Below are positions 39,101 to 53,200 of a DNA stretch of 64,000 nt, piece after piece. The translations under genes were made by a program, and so were the position numbers. The notes beneath the pieces were generated by a model. It searched no databases and was not told the origin of the DNA. It saw only the letters and a program-made list of their open reading frames with translations. The DNA is taken from positions 2,104,232 to 2,168,231 of the forward strand of contig NW_003526941.1 in assembly GCF_000181795.1 (NCBI RefSeq). Reading direction: 5' to 3'. Positions within the stretch are counted from its first letter, which is position 1. Every line of letters starts with the position of its first letter. This stretch comes from Trichinella spiralis. Lineage: Eukaryota.

Positions 39101-41100
39101 ACCATTTTCAAATCCACCGATGATAGAAAATAAATTTTTACAACTGGTCATTATTATTTATTATTCTCTTGATTTCCCACTTTCTATCCTTTCGAAACAT
39201 TGTGAATGCTCAAGGAATAAGGCAGTAGAAGAATTAATATTTGTAAATTGAATTAAATATTATTTTTTGCGTTGCTTTATTTCAATTTATGGTCATCACT
39301 TTATTATTATTATTATGATGATGATTATTATTATTATTATCAGTATAATTGGGCTTTACGCATTTTCGTGAAAGTGAACACCGTTTTTGCAATTTTTTCA
39401 ATTGTTCGCGTTCGTCGATGCGAATGGATTGTTGCGGCGATATGTTTCAAGGTTCCGAGGTTGCGCTTCTTCAGCTGTAATTGTGTTTATCAGTAGTAGT
39501 AAAGAGTAAATGAAACGTGAAGGTAAACCGGCATCTCTTCTCAGATCGACCTGTCAAATTTTGACCGTTCAACTGTTGGTCACTTTTCAAATGCAAACGT
39601 CAGCAGGCTACTGTTGAAAGGCCATTGCGCCATTGCTAGGTGTTGTCCAAATCAGAAACACTTGTCTGGAAAATTTTCTGCCATATCCTGTTGCCCAATG
39701 CATGCTGATGTTGTATTATTATTTTACGTTCACCGTAGGGGAAAGTGGTGATCAAGTTTATTTCAGTTGCTCGATTGCAAGCGAAGTTGAGTGGAGAAAT
39801 GAATTACACACTGGACAGTTGGAGCTTTTTTCCAACCAAACATGCCCTACTGCTCTGTGCTTGAGCTTTATTTGTGATAAGATGGCCGAGCAGCTGAGAC
39901 GCGATCCTTTTGCACACAGAGATCAGTTTCGGATCGCGGTCGTTCAAAGCGTAAGCCATTTGTGTTAACCGCTAATCCTCATACAAACTGGCCTAAAGTA
40001 AGACGCGTCATCCAAAGGCGGCCGGCCTTGAGAACACAACTTGTGAATACAGGGATGAAAGATGGGGGAAAATGAAAAGCCAGGCATCCAGGGGTCGGAT
40101 TGACGCCGCTTAGTCAAGTATAGTAATTGGAGAAAAGATTTGCAGGTGTGTGATTTAGTCACGCAAAGGCAACTTTCAATGACTGCAATTAATGAAGCTG
40201 AAAATATGCGAATCGGTTTTCGCTAATCAGCCGACTGAGACATACCGTCGCCAACAACATCTTTAACATACCGACCAACTGAAGTGGGCATGGAGGAGGA
40301 AGTGAAGCCAGTCTGAACATTGCAGACAAAGAAAGCAATGTTGTGACAACTAGAGCCAGAAGTCTTATCGCATACCTATTTGTGCTCAATGGAAAGGAAA
40401 AAACCTAACCAGAGTCTGGTTTCTAGCTGAACAATATTCTGAAATGCAATGAATCTGTTTTACAATAAAGAAAAGTGTATTTTCGTCTCATTTTTCACTC
40501 TACAATTGGGTATATTTTTTTCAATTTTACTCATTCACAAGGGAAAAAATTACGCACGATGTGTAATAAGCTGACATGTTGAGACATGTTGGACAAAAGA
40601 AGCTACTTTTGAAATCAGCTCTTATTTAGGTCGAAGGTGAATTTTGAAAAACGTCGAGGCCATTTCTAACTCATTCTCAACATTATTACTTTTTGAAATC
40701 AGGCCAACGAATTTTCAGCGTCGACGGCGTCGTCGTCGAGATGCTGTGGACAATTTTTGAAAGGAAAGTTTTCAACCCGTTTCTTAGAAGAAAGCATACA
40801 AATGTCCTGAACAATTTTCAGCTTGAAAGCAATCAATGCAAATTTGTTACGCGATCTGTGATTAGAATTCTTTTCGAAACTTTTCAATCGTTTGCGGTGA
40901 TTGCACGTAGAAGATATAAAATATAAAGCACAAATATTTTGCATTAGACATGCATGGTGGATGCGAACAAGGAGAAAAGTGGAAAAGAAATCTGCTTACT
41001 TTGGATTAGTGGAATTCCAGTATATGTCAGCAAGTTGCTTGGCCAAAGCGAAGCAGCAAGCTTGAGCGAGAAGTATACAGCCAAGCGCACTGGGCGCCAT
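36178..41100 (-). CDS. GPI-type ephrin, copy 2, about 316 aa. Exons 41000-41100, 37128-37251, 36876-37038, 36371-36811, 36178-36299
   Basis: MAPSALGCILLAQACCFALAKQLADIYWNSTNPK, then DSVDIHCPKY, EHSIIYM|VSKFGYDNC, LREFTPMPNGLEFKPGHNYYFI and DGLCSFNNLKM. C-terminus SSSSNAKLKGSIRCTIVGAVSVLLLSMNW*. Phases are consistent (951 nt). Confidence 0.93.
38540..38780 (-). repeat. Dispersed repeat copy B, in intron 1 of ephrin copy 2, inverted relative to 34163-34458
   Basis: Its reverse complement aligns by eye with copy A over more than 200 nt, with scattered substitutions. Confidence 0.85.
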
Positions 41101-44093
41101 CTTGGCTTTAACTTTTGTGAAGCAAAAACAGAATTATCCCTCAATCAAGTCAGCTGTCAAAAAATTCAGGGTTTGCAGTCAAACTGATTCGCGGTGCAAC
41201 TGGGAACTGTTGGATAGGTTTATATACAGCTCTACTCTGTCGGAGGGGTCAATAAAATTAGCCCTATTGGTCGAAAATTCACCACGCCAGTCGGCTAATG
41301 GAGGTGTCGACAGTAGCGCCCCCTTTTTGCTCGCTGTTCCATTTTGGCATAAATTTGTATAATCTGATCACAACTACTGTATGAACAGAAGCTTGCTTAG
41401 TTGAGAATTTTTTTCGCTTTTCATATAATATTTGTTTATAATTTTATATAAGCCTCGTCACAAGAATCCCGTTCAGTAATCCAAGAACAACAACAATAAT
41501 GATAATTCAATTGTCCTAACCTTACTTCATCTGGATGTGTAGCATAATCGTCATAAAATAAATTTAGTATATCCGTAGCAGGCAACTAGAGGAATTTGTT
41601 TTGAAAGTTGACATTTTTGTCTGATAAATTTCATTTACTAAAATTTTAAATAGCTGGGAAGTGCTTTCTTTTTATTAAATGCTGCTTAGCTTTCTTTAAC
41701 AAAAAATTGTTTTCAAAATAAAGCCCAGATTGGAAAATGATTAAATTGAAAAGTAATATTTGTCTGTTTTTCTTTTAATCTTATCACTTTATCAGTACAT
41801 TTGTATGATTCAACGTTTGACGTGCAGTGTCATTTGATGTTAATAATAGTAACAACAGATAGTGATTCGGATAATAGTGTAGTAAAAGGAAATTCTTTGC
41901 GAGAATTTTTGGAAAAAACAAAAATTTTGGGCGTATTTATTTTAAATATAATTTTGTACATTTACATGCAACTCTGATCGATATGATCGACGAAAGGGGA
42001 TTGAACTTGCATTTCTGCGCGCTTAATCCGTTGTGTTGATAATTGATGCACAATAAGCTTCTGAATGTTTGATAGGTTTCATACAGCAGCTGGTAGCTTC
42101 TGTGGGAAAGGATTATTATTATTATTATTATTATCTGGAAATGTAGATTATGGGTTTTGTGCAGATGTTGAAATTGAAATTAAACACTTTTCTCATACAG
42201 AAAGTATTTGAAATAAACGTAAAATATAAATGTTTCTTTTTTTCGCTGCATTTACACTTGACGCAAATAGTAATTACACGTTTGTGCGTATCTGCGGTTG
42301 CGTGTTTGCGTGTGGGGAGTAAGATCCAATCGAATGATTGCATAAGTAAATTTTTCACTTCAGCTTGTGTAAATTTTCTAAAACTGGAAAATTAACATGC
42401 AGTAAGCAAAATTTGTCCATTTCACTGAACGTTCACTATTGTGCAGAACTGGTGAATTCATTTATTTCATTCTTTCTGTTCAACGTAATAAATTTCAACT
42501 GTCCACAGAGTTCAGTTGATCACAATGTGCAAAGATAGTGGCTTTGCCTAATAATATTTGGTCTGTTATGCTGCTAACTTCGGTCTTTCAAATTCATCTC
42601 GTTCGTCTCTTCTTTACGTAATGAAGATTGAAGGTTTTGTTCAATTTTGCCCATCTGGGAACAATAAGCAGTGATTTTGGCACGATGACCGTGTTCTCCG
42701 CAAGCAATGTCGATCAGCATAATTTAATTTTCCCTTGTTGAACTCTCTGTTCAGTTGCGTTCAGTGCCTCGATCGATCAGAAATTCCAATAATTGAATAC
42801 TTATGCAAATAAGTGAATTTACCAACGACTTTCATTTGAACAATGAAGCAAGCAAGTTATGAGTCGTTTCGTTTTTATTTTTAAACAGTGGGTTCAATTT
42901 CAGTTTTGAGACAATCCTATCACGGTGGTCTAAAGGAAAACTTGAAAATCTGATAATTTGAAAAACATCGATATCGATATCTTTTTTATACATGCATATG
43001 CGTATATCATTTTTTCTTTTCTCTTCCAGCAATGTCTAGCCAATGTAGTTTTGATCAAAGTCAGATAAATTGCTGAGCATGCAACTGAGTAATTTTGACG
43101 GGACTGGAAAAAAGTTTTCTTTTTGCAAACATACCAACACAACTGTAACTAGAATTTTCTAGCGATAATCTGGAATTAGCCTTCAGCGTGTTTTCATACT
43201 GCAAATCTCACAAATCAACGTTGGATTAACAAAATTTTTTGAGCCGACGAGAACACACGACCTGATTTCACCTGACTGCAAAGCAAGTAGATGGCATATT
43301 TGCAAACAGGAACGAAAAAGCTAGATTGAAAAAGCGATTGTCAAGCTAGAACTCAACTTTGCTTACTCCAAGTGATCGATCAGTGATTTTTTGATCGTCT
43401 GCATCCGGCTTCACTATTGCCGGGGAAGTATTTTATTTTATGAAGGGAAATTGATTTATGAAAACAAAAATTCTCAACTATCATCCATCAGCAACAGTGC
43501 TACTGTTGCAAGAAATTAATTATTGATAAAGTTATATCTTTGCAAATGCTATTGACTGAAAAGATTATGACCTAGTTGGGACGGTGGTGTGCGTATGTCA
43601 GATTGCAAGAAAATTATTAAATTATGATAAAATTTATAAGCAATACTTTTTACTTCTGGAAAACATTGTATCCTCTTCCTTTCTTTCCTTTTCTGGACCA
43701 CTTTTTTGAAAATTATCAAGCAGCTTAAGACATTATCCCGTTTTTTATCTATAAATGGTAAAAATGCTCATTTTGGAACGATTTGGATATGCAGGGGTTT
43801 TGAAAAGAGAGTTTCGTTGAAGAATAGTCATTTGTACTAGTGGTTTTTTATATTACACACTTCCCCGATACCTCAATCATGAACATGCTTCAGATTCTTA
43901 GCAAGTTAAAGTTTATCAAAGTTGGTTGCTAATTTTTATTTCTTTTAATGCTTGAAGGCACTGATTTCTTTCTTTGCATTATAAACGGCATGAAGTATTT
44001 TGAAAGTTTTTCGAGCTGTGTGAATATGGAGGGAAATGTGTTTGAAAATCTTGTCGCTGTTTGTTAGTAGTTGAAAATGAACGGCAAGCAATA

Positions 44094-46845
44094 TTAATTT
44101 AGACAAGTCAGAGAAATAATTAAGAATAAGCTCAGGGCAAAAAGGTGTAAATGAAGGCTTTGCAAGCGACCAGAGCAGACGCTGGCTTTCGAATGGCCGT
44201 TGTTGTTTTGTTGATTTTGATCATCTAAATAAATTAATTTGCTTATTCAACACTGAAAATGTTGCATCAAACACAAATACTCAGTCGTTCAGTTAGTCGA
44301 GCAGGTCGATATGCGTTCGCTCTGTGCTTTGGCGCAGTGAAGCGACTGTTTGACCAATAAACATCATTTCCCGCAGGATTGTTGTGAGCAAAGTTTAGTT
44401 CTGCTGTAAATCTGGCATTTTCACCGGCTCTGTGATTTGGCTGATCCCAAATGATGAACGGTTTAGTCGATGCGCGATTGATGTCAAGCTTGTTTTTACC
44501 TCAAACAAATGAACGAAATTGCCTCTTTTTCCTATATCTTCATAATTGTTATTAATTATGTAAAAAAGTGACTACTTTCCACAGGTTGATAATTCTCTTC
44601 TTTGACGTCGAACTGCAGTCGCATATTTTTCGAATAGCACAATCCACGATCAGTGTTTTGCATACCTTCCATCTTACCGGTGCTAGTAGCTAAAAATTTT
44701 CAACATTATTTTTAACTTTATTCATCGAATTGTACACTCTCTGCCGACAGTGTCAATCAGTTTCAACGTCAATCAGGCATTTCAATCATACGCGGCTGTT
44801 TTTTCTAACTTAATTAGTTTATTTCTAAACTCATTTCCCTATACTGTTTAAATGTGACATACAATATTATTTGAAACGAAAAATGGAATCTGTTAGTAAC
44901 TGAAGGAAAGAAAAAAATGCAGCTTTCAAATATGTGAGATGTGAAATATTCGTTGATATTTGATAGATTTGATAGATGATAATAATTATTATTGTTTCAT
45001 CATGCAACAGTGGCATTATTAGCCGAGGAAATGATGAACAAATTTCTGAAACGAGCTTACTAATTAGATAGTAGCGTCGATTGGGGACAAATTCCAAACC
45101 ACCGGGATTGGGCGTGAAACGTCGGAAAACCACTGTCACCACTTGCTTTTTATAAGGCACTGTACAAAGACCGACCAAACGTGCGGTGGAATTGATTGAG
45201 CATGATTCATAGCCAACTTTGTCAACCTGAAATGTTGTTATTCATTTAAAGAAGAAAAATAAGCAACAATAGTTTTCTAATTGTTGAAGAAAATGGTCAC
45301 CATGTAAATTATTGAAAATTCCAATAAATTTGGTAGCGTTTCTCGTTTATACTGGGGACAGATTAGATCGACTTTGTCATGCAATTGGACAACGAATGGC
45401 TCCATAGCTTTAGTGGAGACGAACCTGAATAATGATCGATGATAAATGATTGACAAAAGATTTGAAACTGAAATGCGTGTTTTTTTGGCATTATATACTA
45501 ATTATTATTATTACTGTTGTTGTTATTTTTTGGAAAGGGTAAAAATTGAAGCCGCCAATATGTGAGATTATTAGTTGCAGTCGAGTATGGTCGAGGCCAT
45601 AGGCGGCGCGAATCAAAGGTACCTGGACTGTGTAAGCTAATTCAAGCAGTGTTTGATTAAAAGTACAATCCGATTTGGCAGCGTTTCTGTGTTGAACCTA
45701 CGATCGGTCATCTGATACTAGCGTTGACCTTGGTTTCAGTTGCTCAGATTGTCTGAACAATGTCTGAACTGTGCTTGATGAAGAAAGAAGCCGCCAACGT
45801 TGGCGTCTGGTCGATGGTTCAAGCCAACTGTGATCACAGAGAATTGGTGACAAACTTTGACAGCTGTCCTGGACATCGACAACGTTATGGTTGCCACTGA
45901 TGGAATCTGAATTGCAAACAACCGACTCGATGTCGTCGCTAGTGAATCTGGCGTCTGCTAAGGTCGATGATTCTTATTTATTCACTTCATACAGACGGGC
46001 TTTTAAACTTCTGTCAATGATCTGACAGTTGGTTGATATTCATCTGACAGTTTTATTGTAAAGTCGACTAATGTTGAATTCATTCATTTTGTTAGAGATT
46101 TGGATATGCTACTTTTTTCTTCTTTACCACATCTACATCATCATTATCAACAAATGCAAATGCAAATATCAAAATGGCACAACTGGCATTTGTTCAGCTG
46201 TCAAATGAAATAAAGACAAACAAGCATCAAGATTCTTTAGTTGATTTGCAACTGAGAGCAATTTTTTCGTTTTATTCATTCAAATTCATGTTCTTGGAAA
46301 GCTGATCAGTGAATACATAAGCGTTACGCAACAATTATCTTTTTATTGAAAAATATGATTAATTTTGTCTCACTATTTGTTCATATTTCTATAATTGCAT
46401 AGAATGAAAAGCGGAAGCAGAAATTGATGATAAAAATAGCATTCAGTTATTACTTTTTTTAAACTATTTATTGCACATATTTCTATTAATTAAGTCCAGA
46501 AAATGTTTGACAAACGACAATCGAGAATGTGTGGGTGTGTGTGTGTGTGTTGTGACTATTTACGAAAACAGTGCTAATTTTTATTTGAACGTTACGCAAA
46601 ATTAATTGTTTGTTCATTACTGCTAATCACCTGTTATCTAAGCTGCGTAACAAGCTTGTTTGAATTATCAATTTATTATCACTATTTGTGAAGCGTGTTT
46701 AGTCAGATTGTACATACACTTACTGCGGATTGGATGAGTTCCAGAAAATAGTGATGACTTTAGCTGATCGAATAATAAGCAACTGATTCAGCAAAACTGA
46801 AAGTACAGTGATTGGTATTGTGGATTTGTGGAACCAGCTTGCCAT
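44094..46845 (-). CDS. GPI-type ephrin, copy 3, about 291 aa. Exons 46724-46845, 45301-45424, 45061-45226, 44576-44689, 44281-44499, 44094-44224
   Basis: Signal peptide, then TIFWNSSNPQF, DKVDLICPQY, EFSIIYM|VDKVGYESC, FRRFTPNPGGLEFVPNRRYYLI and RGLCYSKNMRL. Ends in a hydrophobic tail LHLFALSLFLIISLTCLN*. The last two exons are inferred from phase consistency (876 nt total). Confidence 0.88.
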
Positions 46846-47066
46846 GGCGATGCCATTGCACAACAACGTCAGTTATGTTGTAATTCGATGGATAACTGAT
46901 GATGGATGAGCATCGTAAGATGGGTCTAAATTTTAAAGAAAACCAATGAAATAAACATGAAGCGGAAGTTAAATGAGAGGATTCAGTTTGTTGTTGTTAC
47001 ACGCTTTTCAATTCAACATATGCAAGTAAGTACAGTTGTACGTGTTCAAGAGTTGACTCACATATA

Positions 47067-47137
47067 CAGGAGAGAAAGAGACAGAGAGAGAGAGAGAAAG
47101 AGAGAGAAAGGCAGATAGACAGACAGAGAGCGAGAGA
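47067..47137. repeat. (GA)n-rich purine tract upstream of ephrin copy 3
   Basis: GA/AG repeats are directly visible. Confidence 0.8.
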
Positions 47138-50100
47138 ATGAGTGAGCTAGCTTTAGGCTTTGACTAGCCAATAGAGTACGAAAGCACGGAGCGGCCGCCC
47201 AGTTTTGGCCTTTTGTCTGACGGCAAATAGCTGCTGGCTAGCAGGCGTTCAAGAATGGAGTTTGTCAGTTTCATAAGTTTGCATACTTGGATGTTTTGAT
47301 ATCCCAACGCGAACATGATCTAGGATGCTGGTGACGATCGTAGCAGGGGGCAGCAGGCAGGCAGCTCGTGCCAATTTGTCACGCTTCTTATTCACACTTG
47401 TGTTGTAAGTAGGTGCGTCCGAGGTCAGAGACTAGGTGGCGTGGGGTAGTTGCCATGACTAAAAATTGACCCAAATTCCATTTTTACACTACATCATTAG
47501 ACTCTTTTTTCTTTGGTATTTATTTATATTTGTAATATTAAGAATGTCTTCAACCAAGTGAGATTTGGTCTCTTTTTCGTCTTTTTTTACTATTTATTCT
47601 TTTAAAGATTGCTTTCCAATTCAGTTAGCAGTGCAATTTATGGCTATATTGAAAACAGTGTGAAAGGAAATAAAAATTATCCTAACAGTTTAAAGTATCA
47701 CTTTATTTTCGTAATAGCCAACCAAACGTTTGCAAATAGAGAAGTTTCACGACAATAATTTTAAGCTGTACAATAAAAACAGTTCAACTACAATTTTTTG
47801 CTTAAAGTGTAGTCATTTCAGACTTATATGTAGAAATTTTTTGCCCAGTGAAGCAGGCTTTACTTTGTTATGTTGACTGACAACTATTCTGGCAATTTTT
47901 CAATTAATTATTGCAAGTTTTATTACAGTGCAAAAGAATGATATGGAAACGAAGCTTGTTGCGTGATCAGATTTAAATTAAATATCAAGAAATGAAGAGG
48001 GAGAAGATATTTTGTGCATAATTTGAAATTAAATTTATTTCTAAAGTATTGCACCTGCTTTGCTGAAAACTCTGCTCGCTGAAATAACACTAGAAAGAAT
48101 GATTAATAAATGATTTGGCAATGATGATCAGAATTGGAATTTAGTTCCAATAATAATAATTATTATTATTATTAATGAGCTCTTCTGTTCACTGAGAAGC
48201 AGCAGGCAAATTTTGAAAAACACTTTTTGTCAAAGATCTTTGTAATCCAAGTTGCGCAAGTAAATTTAAATGACTAATTTTCCAATGTTGCAAATGTCAA
48301 CTTTTCTAAAACAATGTCCTTGTGTTTCTTTCAATATTTTTTCATTGTTTGCATAAAAAGGCATTTTGCATAAAAAGTTCTAGTTTATAAATGTATTGCT
48401 TATTTTTTTTTAATATTATGCTTATGTGATTGAAATTTGCTCTGTTTCAACTGTTGAAAGCCAAGCCCAACAAAGTCCTTTGGGTATTTTTCAAGGAAAT
48501 CAAGAAGGGGTAATGTTATGTGATCGTGACAGTGCAGCCAAGAAAAATTTATCGCGACCTTGCGTTCAGTGTCACGCAGATGCTAGCCACCCACAGAGAT
48601 GCAGCTGGAAAGCAATTGGTTGTCAGTGGAAAAGTTGCAATGAAAATTTATCGCGATTTGTAGCTATTTATTTTAAAGTTTTGTTTTTGATATGATATGA
48701 TATGATATGATAACGTAATTTGTTGCTCAATATTTTCAATAATAATACTTTTTTTTTCATTGTAATTATCCGTTGTACAATACAAAGTATGTTGTCTGCA
48801 GTGAAAAGATTTTATTTAAAGATTGGAAACGGTTTTAAAGTTGTGCAACTTAAATTCATCGATGATTATGGGGTTAATTTATACAATTTTACATTTTAAA
48901 GCCGAGTGCATTTGGTTTCAAAATTATAACATGAAATTATTAGGTTTTTGAAATTTTCAGAATTTTCCGAATTCTTCTGAGTGGAATTTTAAATTGTAGA
49001 AATTTCTCTCATTGACAGATCTACGAAGAAGGTAGATAGATAATTTGGATCTGCTATTTAGCGACTGAAATTAAAGTATTGCCTGACGAAAAATGGAATA
49101 ACAACAATAGGCCCTGTGATAGATGTGGAAAAGTGCGTTGACTTTGCAGGTTGTCAGATTATTTTTTCTTAATTTCTATTACTCTTGAACTAGAACGCTT
49201 AAATGACAGTATTAGTTTTTGCAACTATGCAGAATATTTATAGTATCATCAGATCTATTCATCGTTGTTACAATTTATTTGAAATACATATATTTCTTCT
49301 ACTCTAGGTGAGGAACTTTTTTTTCAATTGAAATTTTGCTTTTTGTTTCTTTATTTGATTGTTTGCAATGTTAAACGAAATTATTACAATTTGTGTATAT
49401 TGGAATTTCTTTCAGCATTTTTTGTATTTTTTCTGTTCAACTTTCAATAGTAAGACACTAATATGAAATGGAGCAGATTTTTTTTTCCAAATTCTTTCCA
49501 ATTATTACTGTTGAACAATTATTGAACAATAGATAGTGTTCATTTAAAACTTTCTTTTTAAATGACCTTTCAGAAACAAAACGAAAAAGCTAAATAATAA
49601 TGTATTATTATTATTTTTGCACACAATGACATTGTTGTAAAATATGAAATTTCATATTCTTATGAAATGATTTAGAAGAATGATTTATCCTTTATATTAT
49701 TATTTTTTATTTATTTTCCAAAGAGTTTGTTTAATTTCTTATTTTTTAACATTTTCATTAAATAGATATGTTAATTGTATTATTCTAATAGACGTGTTAT
49801 TGTATTACTTTTACAAAGTTAGCAAAAGCTATGACATCATTTCAACCGCAATATTTGCATTGTTTGTGCAGCTTATAAGTAAGGTTTCATTTAACATAGC
49901 ATAGTTATTAAAATAGTGACCTGTTTTGCAGGCGCCTTGAAGGGTGAAGTGAAAAGTCAGTATTCAATTGAATATCTTTCAGTACGTAATTTTTTTGGCG
50001 TTCAGTTTGAAAATTCAATTGTGAGCTGTAGTTTTCAATGCAGTGAATAAGAGACGGTTTTTGATTTAAATTTTATTTTCGAGAAAAATTATTAATTATC

Positions 50101-50257
50101 AGTGAAATAAATGGTCTGATTTTTTCTTACAAAAGTGTAAATAGTTTATTTGACAGTGGAAAAAGTGTAGTAGAAGTTTTCATTTCATATGCTCTGACAG
50201 AATGCGTACGAATAGACTGAGAAAGAGGGATTAAAAGAAAATTTCAATAGCCTTCAT

Positions 50258-53200
50258 CTATCTGTCCAACTTTTCCCCTATCTCGAGTACTGGTGAACTG
50301 TGTGCACTAGTGCCGTACTGGAGAACTTTTATTGGCGAAGACAATATTGCCGGACTGATTTGTCCAGAGGATGGCGATGTAGGGGAACGTCCGATGCTGG
50401 GCCTTCGACTGGGCAAGCCGTCCATTTGTGAACGATTGGTTCCAGTAATCAACGCCACTGGTCTACCACGTGGAGAGTTGTAGCCTTGGGTCTGCGTTGG
50501 CAATTTTGGCCAACTATTTTCAGGGCAACGTTGGCTATTTTCACTGTTGCACACTTTTTCCAACAAGTACACTCTGCTACTGTCTAGAGGTTGTTGTTCA
50601 GCGTACGCTTTTTTCCAGTAAATTTTTTCATCATGATTTAAATTTTGCCATTTCATATCCTCACATGAGAATTTATGAATTTCATGACCATCGACAGTTG
50701 TCATCATCAGTCGATCCATCTCGGTTGATTCTTCTGCATAACATGCATCAGAAACGGTTGACTGTTTCATAGACATCTGAAAACAGTTTTGTCATTGCAC
50801 ACAAATTGATGTTCGTATGAAAAGGAACAGATTTAGAATAAAAAAACTGAAAACAAAAGAAAATTTACTTCTCACCTCAAACTGACTAACATTCATATTA
50901 AGCCAGAGGTCAGCGTCCGCTGTTTGCTTTGTATTGCATTGATTCGCCTTAAAATGAGTAGATGTATAATATTAAGGAGAAGAATTTTATCATTTAAATC
51001 AAGTAGATACTTTTCTGCTCGTCTGTGTATTGATGACAATAATGCTGAAAACCAAAAACGCTCCTAACGGCATGTTAACCAGTGACATGCCATAATAAGT
51101 GTAATAAAGCCCGTATGACGTGAGATTGAAAGCGAAATACGAAAACCACCACTGCGCAACCATTCCCAGTTGGAAGCAAATAAAAATATACAACCTGTTT
51201 CTTAACAAAAGAAAATCAATTATTAATTTTTTGTAATACTGCGACATTTTGTTTTTTTTTCTTAATATTTACTTGCTGCCATTTGGAAACAGCTTCTGCT
51301 TATGTTTGCAATCGAAAATCAGCGCCATTGTAGATGCATACAGGGATAACTATAACAACAGCTAGCTAGCATATTATCGGCGAAATGATTTCGATGAAAA
51401 ATGAATTACTAGCATCAATACAACTACAGGTGCTGCGAAAAATATCAATGTGGGATCGTAAAAACTGAACCAGCATTCTCTGAATAGAAAGAAAATTTTG
51501 TTGCTCAACAATGTTTCTGTGTTCTTATCGATTTGCACACTTACTCGTGGGTTGCTTTGAATGAATCTTTCAAAATTCGTATTGCAATGTACACCGTGGG
51601 AATAGCTTATAAATAAGCGAATTAATAATTAATTAGTGAAATGTGAAAATTTTACTGTGTTCCTTACTCCAGATGAGCATATGGCGGAGCCAAGTATGGT
51701 AGTTGTTTGTTTGCTTCAAAGGTGTTGAGGTTTTGAAAATTTCTACAGGAACAACTACTAGCCAGGTGAACAGTGCCACGTTGACAAATAGGAGTGCGTT
51801 ACCGATGACGGAACATTTGAGCTGCAAGTGTTGTTGAAATCACTTATTTAAATTGATAATTTTTTCATTAGTGCATTTTTATGTTAGAGGAGCATGTTCA
51901 TTGTAAAGCTTACCACAAAATTGCTAGCTCTGGAAAACATGTCAAACAGCAGTATGCTAATTCCATAACAGAAAATTGAAATGAGCATTGATGCGTTGCG
52001 GAAAACGTTTTCTCTTTGCTTGGTGAAAATTAAGCATACGAAAATTGTCAGAATAATTACCATGGATAATGTTGTCACAGTGAGAGCAAAATAAGACAGA
52101 ACCGTATCTGTAGTCATGAAATCCTGTAAAAAATTTACAACAATAACCTAGTCTGGATTTTTTTGCTTTAGTCATTCTTTTCCAATCTATGATAATTTGT
52201 TTTCTCAATAATCATTTCACTTTCTACATTGTTATACGGCACGTTTAGTAAGGATTATTTGTTTATCGTATGGTCTGTAAATTCATTTATATATGAATAG
52301 CTTACGCGCATGCTCACGGCAAAGGTTGACAAATGATTGCAGGCACAAATGACATGTGATCGATTGAAGTAATCTACGTAACAACCTTGGGTACTCCATT
52401 TTGGTTCTGATTTATCATCATCATCATTATATGTATTTTTTGCATTCCAAAACATGCAGAATGGTATCAGATAGTTATTTTTCATCCAGCTTGGCAAGGG
52501 AAATGTGAAAAATGCAGGTTTTTCTATACTGATCACCTGTTTACCGGCATTGTCAATAACACCAACGGATAATAGTGGGCTGTGTATGTTGTGAACATTG
52601 CACTCTGCAAAACTGGGACTGAAAAAGGCTTAAGTAAGCATTTTGAAAATAAATCAACTCAATTTTCACATTTTACCGCAGTCTTTGCAGTTCTGCATCA
52701 TGGGCATTTTCATATACGGCATAGAACAGAGTTCGGGCTTTGTGTAAATCTAAGCGCAGATTTAATGATGAAGTTTTAATAAAGTAAAAGTCTTTTACTG
52801 CAGTTGTTGACGTACCTTTTACTTCAGGCTGTATATCTAATTGAATAGCAACTGATTTTTTTGATCTACCCAGCGTTGCAGTTCTTTGAAAATCACTGTT
52901 TTTCAGATCAACTGTTTGAATTGCGTAAACTGAAATTTGAAAAATCATCGTTTATTTAATTGCTCACCGTGTTATTGCTGTTTTGAAAGTTCGTGCGCGT
53001 TTCGACTTACCAACACTTTTTCCAGTGTATTCCATTGAATCGACATGACTTTTCTGCTGGTATGCGGCAATTTTTATCCCATAATCATGGAACTGATTGA
53101 CAAGTTCTAGAGTTTGTTCTAAAAATTGTCCATCTGCATCGCCTGCATTTTGTCTTATGTTGACAGAAAATGCTTCATCCAAGCTAGCGATTATATTCTG

